The notes under the pieces were generated by a model that was not told the DNA's origin, ran no database searches, and saw nothing but the letters and a program-made list of their open reading frames with translations. Position numbers and translations under genes: made by a program. A stretch of 24,251 bases of DNA, from IMG/VR virus record IMGVR_UViG_3300027973_000988, positions 1 through 24,251 of that record. The stretch is one strand, 5' to 3'. How positions within the stretch are numbered: position 1 is the stretch's first letter; each line of letters opens with the position of its first letter. Positions 1-8,837 of the stretch are shown here, piece after piece. Source of the stretch: a virus. Its lineage: Duplodnaviria > Caudoviricetes.

Positions 1-28
1 TATTTGGGAATAATGAATTGAATGTCAT
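1..28 (-). CDS. 5' end of a gene truncated by the window (MTFNSLFPN...); small heat-shock protein (Hsp20) predicted only from regulatory context
   Basis: ATG at 28-26 with AAGGAG at 40-35; preceded by a ROSE-like hairpin and RpoH-type promoter. Only 9 codons are visible. Confidence 0.5.
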
Positions 29-80
29 TATTATCTCCTTTGTTAAGCAAGTTAATAGGTCCACCCACATGATGCAACCT
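26..80 (-). promoter_or_regulatory. ROSE-like RNA thermometer 5'UTR (two hairpins)
   Basis: mRNA AGGUUGCAUCAUGUGGGUGGACCU (80-57, hairpin 1), then CUUGCUU-AACA-AAGGAG (51-35). The UUGCU motif pairs with the SD with a bulged G, the hallmark of ROSE elements. Confidence 0.7.
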
Positions 81-87
81 GGTGAAT

Positions 88-115
88 ATATAAGGATTAA
101 TTATTAGATTTCAAG
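88..115 (-). promoter_or_regulatory. Sigma32 (RpoH)-type promoter
   Basis: CTTGAAA (115-109) and CCTTATAT (95-88); fits the alphaproteobacterial RpoH consensus CTTG-N17-CYTATNT and predicts a start just upstream of the ROSE-like hairpins. Confidence 0.7.
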
Positions 116-501
116 AAGTTTATTTTATATATTTCTTTTAAATCATGTTCTCTATCAAGAAATTTGTATTCTATTTTTGTGGTGTTAAAATCTTTCTTTA
201 TTTTATCGCATATTGTTTCAGGATCAAATTCACCGCAAGAGTAAACATCAAACTGAAGTAAGGCGGGGTCGGGCTCGTCCCAGACGTGCATTACTATGTG
301 AGATGTTTCTATAATAGCAGCTCCGGTAATACCTCGATTACCAACCATATTAGAATATTTAACATAAGGACCCATCATTACTTTCATTCCAATTTCTTCT
401 ATAAATTTTTCTAACCAACGACTAAGAAACTCCTCGTCCATGGGTGGACTTACAGCTTCTGCTCTTATAATTAAATGTTTGTGAACTAAAATATTATTCA
501 T
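97..501 (-). CDS. speD: Pyruvoyl-dependent S-adenosylmethionine decarboxylase family protein (AdoMetDC/SpeD-like)
   Basis: N-terminal HLII, G-x-T-G-x3-I-E-T-S-H-x-x-x-H-x-W-x-E autocleavage region, D-V-Y-S-C-G motif. ATG at 501 (MNNIL) preferred over TTG at 516. Confidence 0.85.
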   Translation of the reverse strand: MNNILVHKHLIIRAEAVSPPMDEEFLSRWLEKFIEEIGMKVMMGPYVKYSNMVGNRGITGAAIIETSHIVMHVWDEPDPALLQFDVYSCGEFDPETICDKIKKDFNTTKIEYKFLDREHDLKEIYKINFLKSNN

Positions 502-507
502 AGTCGC

Positions 508-535
508 GTAATACAACTTTTTGAAACTAATGCAA
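508..535 (-). promoter_or_regulatory. Possible sigma70 promoter giving a leaderless speD mRNA
   Basis: TTGCAT (535-530), 16 nt, TATTAC (513-508), then 6 nt to ATG 501; no SD. Confidence 0.35.
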
Positions 536-539
536 TAGT

Positions 540-761
540 TTATTTTAATAAACTAAAAGATAATGTGAGTAGTAATGCTATCGTTGAACCAAGTCCGCCA
601 ATAATCCACCATGTTAATGTTTCAAATTTTTTATCAAACTTAGAATGATTGCGACAAGATTCATCTGTAAGATGTCTGAGATCTCTTTTGATACCAGATA
701 TATGGCCATAAAGAGCTACAATATGTTCTCCAGTTGTTTTAGGGTCTTTACCGTTTGCCAT
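540..761 (-). CDS. Small membrane protein (coiled segment plus C-terminal TM helix; holin/XhlA-like architecture)
   Basis: 73 aa; hydrophobic WWIIGGLGSTIALLLTLSFSLL; TAATG coupling to the upstream gene. Confidence 0.6.
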   Translation of the reverse strand: MANGKDPKTTGEHIVALYGHISGIKRDLRHLTDESCRNHSKFDKKFETLTWWIIGGLGSTIALLLTLSFSLLK

Positions 762-3700
762 TATGCTAATCCTCTTTGTTTTAATCTCATAATTTTTTCA
801 GACTCACTAAATAAAGCACTTTCAGTCGGTGTCAAGCCATTTTGCATCACGTTAGCTTGTTGAGTAGGCTGTCTTTGTATTGTGTTTGTATCTGGCATTG
901 GAGTAGGAGGTAATGGAGAACTAGCCACTCGTTGCTCGCCGCTAGGTGCTTCAGATTTTTTCATTTTCCATTGTCCTGGTTTAATATAATCACTAAAATT
1001 TCCATCTAAAGGTATGTCTCTCATTATCTCTTTAAGAGAATCTATTAACTCTATTGCTGTTTCATCATAAGGCATAGAAAATTTTAAATTATCAAATATA
1101 TTTTCTTTTTCTTCATATTGTTCTTGGTATTTCTTTTGTATATCAGTTGTAATATCTAAAGGTTTAAATGAATTATTTTCTATATATTTATACGCATTAA
1201 GTTCTTGTCTTGCTTTAAACTTATTAGCTAAATCTTCATCAGTTACATTTAATAATTTAGCAGCATCATTTACTTCTTTCATTTTTTGCATAGTTCTAAA
1301 TCTTTGTTCATTAGCTACTATAAATCTTTGTACAATATCATCCGTAGATATTTCACCTCCCTTTAATGTTTCTGTAGTAAGTAAAGATCTTGTATTTCTA
1401 ATACCTGTTTTAAATTCACTTATTTTATAATCCATTTTTTTTATTACATCATTTGGTGTCATAGGTATTCCTCTTAATCCATAGAACCCTCCAATTTCAT
1501 CTGATACATTATATTTTTCTCCTCTTGGTCCAGGAGTTTCTTTGATTGCTTGTCCTAAACGTGTAAACTGTGGAATAGAAAAAGGAGCATATTGTTTTGC
1601 AATATACTCTAATCCTTTAGAAAATTTTTCTCCTAAAGGTGCTTCAGGGTTAAAAATTTGATAACCTTCAGCAGTTTTACCACCTCTAGCCCATAGATCT
1701 AAAGCCATAGTTACATATGCAGAAGGTTCCATAAAGGGTTTCATTAAATTACCCATTCCTGTAACTAATCCTTTATATAAACCAACCATTAAAGGAGAAT
1801 TTGGATTAAATGTTTTTTCTTTATCTACTGCATTAATTACAGATTGAGCAGGTCCTGTTGCTACGTTATAAACAAATGTACCACTTGCATCTATATATTT
1901 TAATTGTCCATCTTTATCTTTATATACAAATAAAGGGTTTTCTTTTGAAAACAAAGGAACAAATTCTCTTATTGCTGCAACTTGATTTTCAGCTACACCA
2001 TACAGTCCTCTGCCAATAGCATTTATTGTAGGAATTGCTATTGCAGTTGTTGCTCCAAACGAAGCTAATCTTTTTATTCCAATATTTTTAAATACTGGAT
2101 TCATCATTTCTCTATATCCAAGTTCTAATGTATTAGCACTTGTTGATATAATTTGAGCAGGCCATGATATAAAATTACCCATAGGTAATCTTCTCATTCC
2201 TTTAATAAAATCAGGAACAAATCCATAATTAGGTAATGTATCTCTAACTATTTTTGCTGCTTCTTTCATTATAGTAAGTTCTTCTGGCATTTTTTTAATT
2301 ACACCTGATTTAACTGCTTCAGCATAAGCATTTTTATATTTGTAATTTTCTGCAAAAAAGTTATAGGCTTTCCAAAGTTCATCTTCGGCCATATAAAGAT
2401 CTGTTGCTACTTGGTATCCTCTTTTTATACCTTTGGCTGTTGCTTCGACAGATTTCCCTGCTAATGGAAATACTTTTTTTAATTTATCATTAAATTTATT
2501 TACCATTCTTGTATAAAAATCACCGCCTTTTGCCATATCATCTAAAAGACCATGTAAGTCTTTTGCTGTAGCACTACTTCCCATAACGTTTTGTTCAGAT
2601 AAAAATTTATACATCTGTTGGTCTTTGGGTAAATTTCTATAAAGAATTTGTGGTTGTATCATTGCAAATGATTTCCTAAAATCTAAAGCTATTTCAGCTG
2701 GGTTCATAAAAAAATTACCTTGAGCCGCTGTAAATACACTGTTTGATGTAAAGTTTCTTGTGTGTGAAAATGGACCTAATATAGTTTTAGATATTTGAAA
2801 TACTCCTTTTGGTACTAAAACCAAATGTTGATATAATGCACTTTTTAATAAAGGATCCCAAAAGCTTCTTTCACTAAATTGTACTGCATCTGCAAACTCT
2901 TTAGATGTAAATCTTCCATTTAAAGGGTTAGTATAAACATCTTCTCCTAATGGAGATTTAATTTGTAATCCATTTTTACCGGATATAATTTCTCTATTTT
3001 TTAATCCTGTTACCGCAGAGTTATAAGTTGGATAAGTAACAGCTCTTTCACCGTTTTTAATTGCATCATCACTTAATTTTACTATTTGATTATAAAAATT
3101 ATCCCTTGCATTTAAAGTTGCTAAATCACTCATTACATTAACAACGGTATTTCTTATATCTCTTTTTTGTCCAAATAATCTTTGAAATGATCTTAGATCT
3201 TCTTTTGTTTTTATTAATTCACTTGGTTTAAATTTTCCACCTTTTATATTATCCGCTATATTAATTAATTGAGTTGCTTTATCACTTAATACACTTTGTT
3301 CTCCTATTACAAATTGAGGAGTTTTAGTAATATCATTATAAGTTACGTTGTTTATAATATCATTCATCATATCATCTAATTCATTTGGTTTTAAAATTTT
3401 ACCATTTGATTTTGCATAACGAGCCAATACATTTTTAGTTGATTCAATGTCTGCAGCAGCTGGTTTATAATTTAAAAACGGTATAACACTTCTATCAGTC
3501 ATTATTCTGTATTCTGAGTTAAACATATTTCTCATTCTTTCAGACATGATTTGGTTAAATTCACCCGTTGCTACTTGAATATTTTCACTATTTAATAAAT
3601 TATTTTTTAAAACGTTAAATTGATTTCTTACGTTTATTAATTCAGCTGTTAAATTGTTAACTTGTTTTGCTTCTAGCCCAACTTCTTTTGCAAATTCTTT

Positions 3701-5074
3701 AAATTCATTTATTGTTTTAGTTGGAAAATTTGTAAACATTAATTTACCATTACGAATAGAATCTTCTCCAGAAACTAATAGTTCATCTAATCTTCCAATA
3801 ATTCTTTTAAACGCTGGGTTACCAGTAGAAATGCCAGATTCTTTAGCAACTTTACCTAAAGATTGATCTATGTCTCTTAATAAATCTTTAGCTGCAACTC
3901 TAGCAACACCTTCAGTACCTTCAACTGTTTTCAATTCTTCAAATAATATTTGTGATTTATTTCCTCTAGCTCTTAAATTAGATGTAACATATTTATCTAC
4001 CCATCTACTAAATTGACTATTACTATAAGCCATTTCTTTTCCATATTTTGCAATTTCTTGTACAAGTCCTGCTCCGTATGCAAATGGAATAGAAACTACT
4101 GCGTTTTCAGTTCCAAATTTAAGTCTATTATATAATTTTCTAACAGCCTCATCTCTTGAATCTTCTTTTTTAAATCTATCTATTGTGCTTGGTGTATCCA
4201 GACCAAATTCTTGTTTAAGAAGATCTCCAAATGTTCCAATATCTTCTGCGTCTGCAACTAAAGCTGCACCAGCGCCAAACCCTGCTCCGCCAATAGCAAT
4301 AGCTATAAATTTATCTTTACCACTTAAATTATTTAAATTGTTTGCTTTTTCCATTGCTCTTCCTAAATTAATACTTGGCTTTACTAATTTATCCGCTTTA
4401 ACAGCTGCTACATAATTTTCAGCTATTTTTTTTATGTGCATATTATTTAATGGAGTAGAAACAATTTTAGCTCCTATTTTTCCACCACCATATAATTGTG
4501 CAAGACCATCTGTTATTATTCCAACAGCTCCTGTGTCTTTAATATCTTTAGATTCTTTTTCTATTCTACCAATAAAGCTACCATTGATTGCATCTTCTAA
4601 TTTAGTAATATATCTATCTTCAATTGGAATTCCATTTCCTCTTACAAAATCTCCAAGTTCAGCACCTAAAGAAAGAAATGTATGTGGCATTTTTATACTT
4701 GCATGTATAAGACCTGCCGATGCTTGTTCTATATAATTATAATTTGATTGAGGTTCTTGCTGCTCGCCTCTAGCTGCTTTGTATAATCTTTTAAATATTT
4801 GTTCTGTTTCACTAGCACCATAGATAATAGGTTTTCCTTGAGTATCATATTTAATCTCAATAGTTTTTTTAAGTTCTTCTACTTTAGGAGCTTTATAAGT
4901 AAGTGGTCCAAAATCACCAGGCCCTTCAGATAACTCACTAAAATCAGGAATAGATTTTTCATAAGGCTCTGCTTTTGGAATAGTTTCTATTTTTTCTTTT
5001 TCTGGAACAGGATCAACTACTTCAGTATTATATAATTCTATAGGTTCTGGAGCTTGAAGATTATCTTCTTGCAT
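761..5074 (-). CDS. Large internal virion / DNA ejection protein (positional analogue of T7 gp16)
   Basis: 1437 aa, no Cys seen, Gly/Ala hydrophobic stretch (IAIAIGGAGFGAGAALVA), Pro/Gln C-terminal linker; SD AAGGAG; last and largest gene of the cluster after the tail hub. Confidence 0.7.
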   Translation of the reverse strand: MQEDNLQAPEPIELYNTEVVDPVPEKEKIETIPKAEPYEKSIPDFSELSEGPGDFGPLTYKAPKVEELKKTIEIKYDTQGKPIIYGASETEQIFKRLYKAARGEQQEPQSNYNYIEQASAGLIHASIKMPHTFLSLGAELGDFVRGNGIPIEDRYITKLEDAINGSFIGRIEKESKDIKDTGAVGIITDGLAQLYGGGKIGAKIVSTPLNNMHIKKIAENYVAAVKADKLVKPSINLGRAMEKANNLNNLSGKDKFIAIAIGGAGFGAGAALVADAEDIGTFGDLLKQEFGLDTPSTIDRFKKEDSRDEAVRKLYNRLKFGTENAVVSIPFAYGAGLVQEIAKYGKEMAYSNSQFSRWVDKYVTSNLRARGNKSQILFEELKTVEGTEGVARVAAKDLLRDIDQSLGKVAKESGISTGNPAFKRIIGRLDELLVSGEDSIRNGKLMFTNFPTKTINEFKEFAKEVGLEAKQVNNLTAELINVRNQFNVLKNNLLNSENIQVATGEFNQIMSERMRNMFNSEYRIMTDRSVIPFLNYKPAAADIESTKNVLARYAKSNGKILKPNELDDMMNDIINNVTYNDITKTPQFVIGEQSVLSDKATQLINIADNIKGGKFKPSELIKTKEDLRSFQRLFGQKRDIRNTVVNVMSDLATLNARDNFYNQIVKLSDDAIKNGERAVTYPTYNSAVTGLKNREIISGKNGLQIKSPLGEDVYTNPLNGRFTSKEFADAVQFSERSFWDPLLKSALYQHLVLVPKGVFQISKTILGPFSHTRNFTSNSVFTAAQGNFFMNPAEIALDFRKSFAMIQPQILYRNLPKDQQMYKFLSEQNVMGSSATAKDLHGLLDDMAKGGDFYTRMVNKFNDKLKKVFPLAGKSVEATAKGIKRGYQVATDLYMAEDELWKAYNFFAENYKYKNAYAEAVKSGVIKKMPEELTIMKEAAKIVRDTLPNYGFVPDFIKGMRRLPMGNFISWPAQIISTSANTLELGYREMMNPVFKNIGIKRLASFGATTAIAIPTINAIGRGLYGVAENQVAAIREFVPLFSKENPLFVYKDKDGQLKYIDASGTFVYNVATGPAQSVINAVDKEKTFNPNSPLMVGLYKGLVTGMGNLMKPFMEPSAYVTMALDLWARGGKTAEGYQIFNPEAPLGEKFSKGLEYIAKQYAPFSIPQFTRLGQAIKETPGPRGEKYNVSDEIGGFYGLRGIPMTPNDVIKKMDYKISEFKTGIRNTRSLLTTETLKGGEISTDDIVQRFIVANEQRFRTMQKMKEVNDAAKLLNVTDEDLANKFKARQELNAYKYIENNSFKPLDITTDIQKKYQEQYEEKENIFDNLKFSMPYDETAIELIDSLKEIMRDIPLDGNFSDYIKPGQWKMKKSEAPSGEQRVASSPLPPTPMPDTNTIQRQPTQQANVMQNGLTPTESALFSESEKIMRLKQRGLA

Positions 5075-5083
5075 ATATACTCC

Positions 5084-6025
5084 TTATTCTAAACTTATAC
5101 GTGGATTAAGTATATATTTTCCTTTACCGTCGTAAGTATAAAATTTTCTTGTAGATCTATCAAATACAATATCATTAGCGTTATGTTTTTTCTTTAATGG
5201 TTCTGGAGCATCTGGTTTAAATACATAACTTTCTTCATTAGGATTATATACTAAACTTGATTTTGGTAATCCTTCTTTAACTCTTTCTTCTCTAACTAAT
5301 TTATCAAACTCAGGATCTTTTTGTATTTTTAAATTATACATAGCTTGTGTTTTAGCTTCTGATTCACTCATAGTTGTAGTTGATTTATCTTTAATTCTTC
5401 TAATCTCTTCTTTTAATTCATCTTGAGGAGATTTAGATTTTAAAAATGGAGATGTATCCATTCCCAATTCTTTTCTGGCAAAAGCTGCATATGCTTTTTT
5501 ATAACTTTCAGGATCTTTAGGATCTCCAAACATTCCAAGTGCTGCTGCTTCTTTAGCTTTCTTTTGAATAGCTAAAGAACTTTCTTTACTTAATCCTTTA
5601 AGACCAGTTATTGCTGCTTGTGCTGCATATTTATTTGCTGCTGCTTCTTTTGGTTGTTGTAATGCTTGATATCTTTGTAATGTTTTTCCTATTGCTGAAC
5701 CTATAGTTTGTAATGAAGTAGGACTTTCAGGGGCTGAAGCTCCAAAAGAAGTTAAAAAATCTGCCATTCTATCTTCTTTAGAAGGTGACATTTTTTCATG
5801 TATCATTTCATAATATGCTTTTATTAATTCAGGTGGTAAATTAGCTTGTTCCTTAGCTGTAAGAGTACCTTCTGTAGAAGTTGTTGTAACATCATCTTGT
5901 GTAACACCATCTTCATCTGAATCAGCATATCTAGCTCTAGGTTGATCTAAACCTGAAGTAATACCCACTCCATCAGCTACAGAGCCACCTCTTCTAAACA
6001 TTGGTCTTTTAAAAATATTTGCCAT
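5084..6025 (-). CDS. Probable internal virion/ejection protein
   Basis: 313 aa; N-terminal MANIFKRPMFRRGG, Ala/Lys-rich helical body; position within the ejection cluster. Confidence 0.6.
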   Translation of the reverse strand: MANIFKRPMFRRGGSVADGVGITSGLDQPRARYADSDEDGVTQDDVTTTSTEGTLTAKEQANLPPELIKAYYEMIHEKMSPSKEDRMADFLTSFGASAPESPTSLQTIGSAIGKTLQRYQALQQPKEAAANKYAAQAAITGLKGLSKESSLAIQKKAKEAAALGMFGDPKDPESYKKAYAAFARKELGMDTSPFLKSKSPQDELKEEIRRIKDKSTTTMSESEAKTQAMYNLKIQKDPEFDKLVREERVKEGLPKSSLVYNPNEESYVFKPDAPEPLKKKHNANDIVFDRSTRKFYTYDGKGKYILNPRISLE

Positions 6026-6031
6026 AATCTA

Positions 6032-7111
6032 TTACCAAAAATAATCTGTATAAATAGCATCTCCACCTGTTTGACCATAATCTGTATACACCGATTCTCC
6101 ACCTGTATCTCCTTCAGGATAGTTAACAGGATCATAAATACTAGGATCAACTGGAGTTTCCCACCAATTTTTTGGTATTAAAGGCGAGTTTGATGTTGTT
6201 GGTCTTGTTCCAGTTTGTTGCCCTGTTCCAGTTGTTTGTCCTGTTCCCATACTAAAAATATTTTGTTTTGGTTGCATAGCACCATATATTCCAGCAAAAG
6301 CTTGGGCTCCTGCTAAATATGGATTGTTTGTTAAAGGTGTTCCAGGAGTTGATGGAGTAGCTTGTGAAAGTTTTCCAAATATATCTGTAATTCCACCTAA
6401 TCTTTGTAATGGATATTGATTTTGTATTGCAGCACCTTGTTGTTGAGCATTTAAAATATTTTGATTATAACCTTGTGATTGCATACCTAAACCACCCAAT
6501 TGATTTTGAATATTTTGTTCAAAACCTTGTTGAGCTCCTGCCAATCCGTATAAATTACCAAGTCCTTGTTGATTTAATGATTGAGCTGTATTAAAACCTT
6601 GTCCTAATAAATTTGCTTGTAAACCTGCTCGATTCCTGTCGCTTGATGATTGATATTCAGCTCTTTGAACTCCTTCTCTTGCTCCACCAAATGCACCTGA
6701 TTGAATTGCATTAGCAGCAAGTGGCGCTAGACCTCTTTGAGCTTGTCTATCATACTCAGATAAAGTTGTATTAATAATGTCTTGTTGATATGGAGACATA
6801 TATTGTTGGTAAGATGTTGGAGACAACATAGATTGTGCTTGTTGTAAATAAGGTTCATATGCAGCAATTCCTGTTCCACCTGTAAATCCAATATTTCTTC
6901 CTTCAGGGTCATATTGAATACTTCCAAGTCCTGCTTGAGAAGCTCCTCGTTGCTGAGCTGCTTGTGTAAAAGGATCAATACCTGCTACTTGTGGAAGTAA
7001 ACCACTAATATCTTGTGGTTGAGTTAATTGTCCTGCAGTATAGTCTGCTAGTAATCCACCAAGTGGTTGTAAAAATGGTGCTGCGTATGATCCTGATGTT
7101 TCTATAGCCAT
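6032..7111 (-). CDS. Probable internal virion / DNA-transfer protein (Gln/Gly-rich)
   Basis: 359 aa; YQQYMSPYQQDII and GAFGGAREGVQRAE motifs typical of podophage ejection proteins; acidic Tyr-rich tail. Confidence 0.65.
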   Translation of the reverse strand: MAIETSGSYAAPFLQPLGGLLADYTAGQLTQPQDISGLLPQVAGIDPFTQAAQQRGASQAGLGSIQYDPEGRNIGFTGGTGIAAYEPYLQQAQSMLSPTSYQQYMSPYQQDIINTTLSEYDRQAQRGLAPLAANAIQSGAFGGAREGVQRAEYQSSSDRNRAGLQANLLGQGFNTAQSLNQQGLGNLYGLAGAQQGFEQNIQNQLGGLGMQSQGYNQNILNAQQQGAAIQNQYPLQRLGGITDIFGKLSQATPSTPGTPLTNNPYLAGAQAFAGIYGAMQPKQNIFSMGTGQTTGTGQQTGTRPTTSNSPLIPKNWWETPVDPSIYDPVNYPEGDTGGESVYTDYGQTGGDAIYTDYFW

Positions 7112-7818
7112 TATTTTTTACCTTCCAATTTTTTCATTAAAGCATACATTTTTTTAGCTCCTTGTTTGACATTTCCACCACCTGCATTACGTACTGCTCG
7201 AGCAGTAAATACAAATTCATTATTACTTAATAAAGCAGGTATATCATCTGCTCGTTCTTTTTTACCAATAGGAGGAACATATCCACCTTTATCTCTATAA
7301 TCAATTTCTGCTATTCCACCTTTAGCTCTTTGTTGTATATTTTGTTGTAGTTTAGAAACTATCATTTGTATTTGTTGTTCTGGTATACCTACAATAGAAG
7401 ATATAGTTGACATATCTGCACCTTTTTTAAGCATAGTAGTTATCATACCTATTTGTTGCTCTGTTATTTGTGGTTGTACCATTCCGGCGTTTTGATAACC
7501 AACTCTTCCACCTTTAGCCATTGCTATTGTTTGTCTTTCTCTAATAGTTTTAACTAATTCATTATATTTAGCAGGATTATTTTGTTTTAACGCTGCAAAT
7601 TTATTTGCCATTAAAGTTTTTTTCATCTGTGGATTTTGAGAAAGCATTTGTTGTTGAGGCATATTTGGTCTTACAACTGGTGTAATGGCATTGGACATTT
7701 GTCTATTCATTAAATTCCCAAGTCCACTTGTTGGCATATTAGTATTTCCACCACTTACAGGTTGAGCAACTCCACTATTTGTTACAAAAGAACCAAAACC
7801 ATATTTTTTTCTAAACAT
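7111..7818 (-). CDS. Probable internal virion protein with AxGG motifs and DDIPAxLSxxEFV domain
   Basis: 235 aa; MAKGGRV, RAKGGI, DKGGYV; C-terminal ADDIPALLSNNEFVFTARAV resembles a motif seen in tape-measure/ejected proteins. Confidence 0.65.
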   Translation of the reverse strand: MFRKKYGFGSFVTNSGVAQPVSGGNTNMPTSGLGNLMNRQMSNAITPVVRPNMPQQQMLSQNPQMKKTLMANKFAALKQNNPAKYNELVKTIRERQTIAMAKGGRVGYQNAGMVQPQITEQQIGMITTMLKKGADMSTISSIVGIPEQQIQMIVSKLQQNIQQRAKGGIAEIDYRDKGGYVPPIGKKERADDIPALLSNNEFVFTARAVRNAGGGNVKQGAKKMYALMKKLEGKK

Positions 7819-8837
7819 TATACTACTCCTCCTCTTGATCTCATTTTATAGTTTCTCATTGCACTATTTAAATTCATATATTCACCAAGCATATTAGACA
7901 TTGATCCACCATCTGCTCTTCCTGGTCTAACAACAACATTTGCCGCTGTTCTTGGAGTTAACCCTGTAATATCTTGTCTTGGTAAACTAGCAATACCTGC
8001 TGGTGTTGTATACTGAGTATTTTTTGCTGCCGTAGCTGCTCTATTTTCGTTGTAAGGTTGTAATATATCTCTATTTAATTTTGATTGATTTTTTATTGCT
8101 CCAATCATTCCAATAGTGCTTAAAGCACCTGGTCCAGTCATTAATGATTGTATAACTGAATTTGGAAGACCTTTAAGAGTATCTAATATTTTTGTTGTAT
8201 CAATAAAATTACTTTCAGGATTAGATTCTATTGCATCAAGATTATTAAAAAAACTAGATTTATCATATAAATTTTTTGCTTGATTTATAAAAGGAGATAA
8301 TGCATTTCCATAATCAAATTCTCCTGAGTTTGGATCATATAAATTTTGCTGTTGAAATTGATTTCCTACTTGATTTCTTTGTTCTGGATTAAGTTGATTA
8401 TATAAATTATATGCATCTTTAGCATATTTTGTATAATTACCTACTTCACTAACTGGATCATATGGATTGTTTCCAGGTAAAAAAGAACTTGGATCAAAAG
8501 CTTCAGTGCCAATATCTGAAAGAACGTCTCCACCAATATCTGAAAGAACGTCTCCACCTGTATCTAAATAATCCATCCAGTTACTAGGATCAGTAGCATA
8601 ATCACCTACTTCACTCATTACATAATCAGCAAATGCTTCTTCGCCCATATCTTCTAAAAATAAAGAAGGATCTCCTGAAGATATAGTGTAAGCAATTTTA
8701 GCAAGAGTTATTGGATCAATATCTTCTACAACATTACCTACTGTTTCAACAGCATCACCTATAAAATCCCCAGCAGTATCAATTAGATCACCACCAAAAT
8801 CTAATACATCATCTACTATTGGTACACCACCACCCAT
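7818..8837 (-). CDS. Probable internal virion protein with N-terminal MGGG and acidic amphipathic repeats
   Basis: 339 aa; coupled (TAATG) to the HlyC-like gene; C-terminal RADGG and RSRGG motifs. Confidence 0.6.
   Translation of the reverse strand: MGGGVPIVDDVLDFGGDLIDTAGDFIGDAVETVGNVVEDIDPITLAKIAYTISSGDPSLFLEDMGEEAFADYVMSEVGDYATDPSNWMDYLDTGGDVLSDIGGDVLSDIGTEAFDPSSFLPGNNPYDPVSEVGNYTKYAKDAYNLYNQLNPEQRNQVGNQFQQQNLYDPNSGEFDYGNALSPFINQAKNLYDKSSFFNNLDAIESNPESNFIDTTKILDTLKGLPNSVIQSLMTGPGALSTIGMIGAIKNQSKLNRDILQPYNENRAATAAKNTQYTTPAGIASLPRQDITGLTPRTAANVVVRPGRADGGSMSNMLGEYMNLNSAMRNYKMRSRGGVV
8509..8556. repeat. Perfect 24-bp in-frame tandem duplication (GDVLSDIG x2)
   Basis: ccaatatctgaaagaacgtctcca at 8509-8532 and 8533-8556. 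Confidence 0.95.

Noticed and set aside
921-945. CTAGC...GCTAG inverted repeat in a GC-rich linker of the 1437-aa gene
   Set aside because: Only 5-bp arms with a long loop and no U-tract; compatible with chance.
7818-8837. RTX toxin substrate for the HlyC-like enzyme
   Set aside because: GGD segments do not match GGxGxDxLx nonapeptides, and no type I secretion genes are present.
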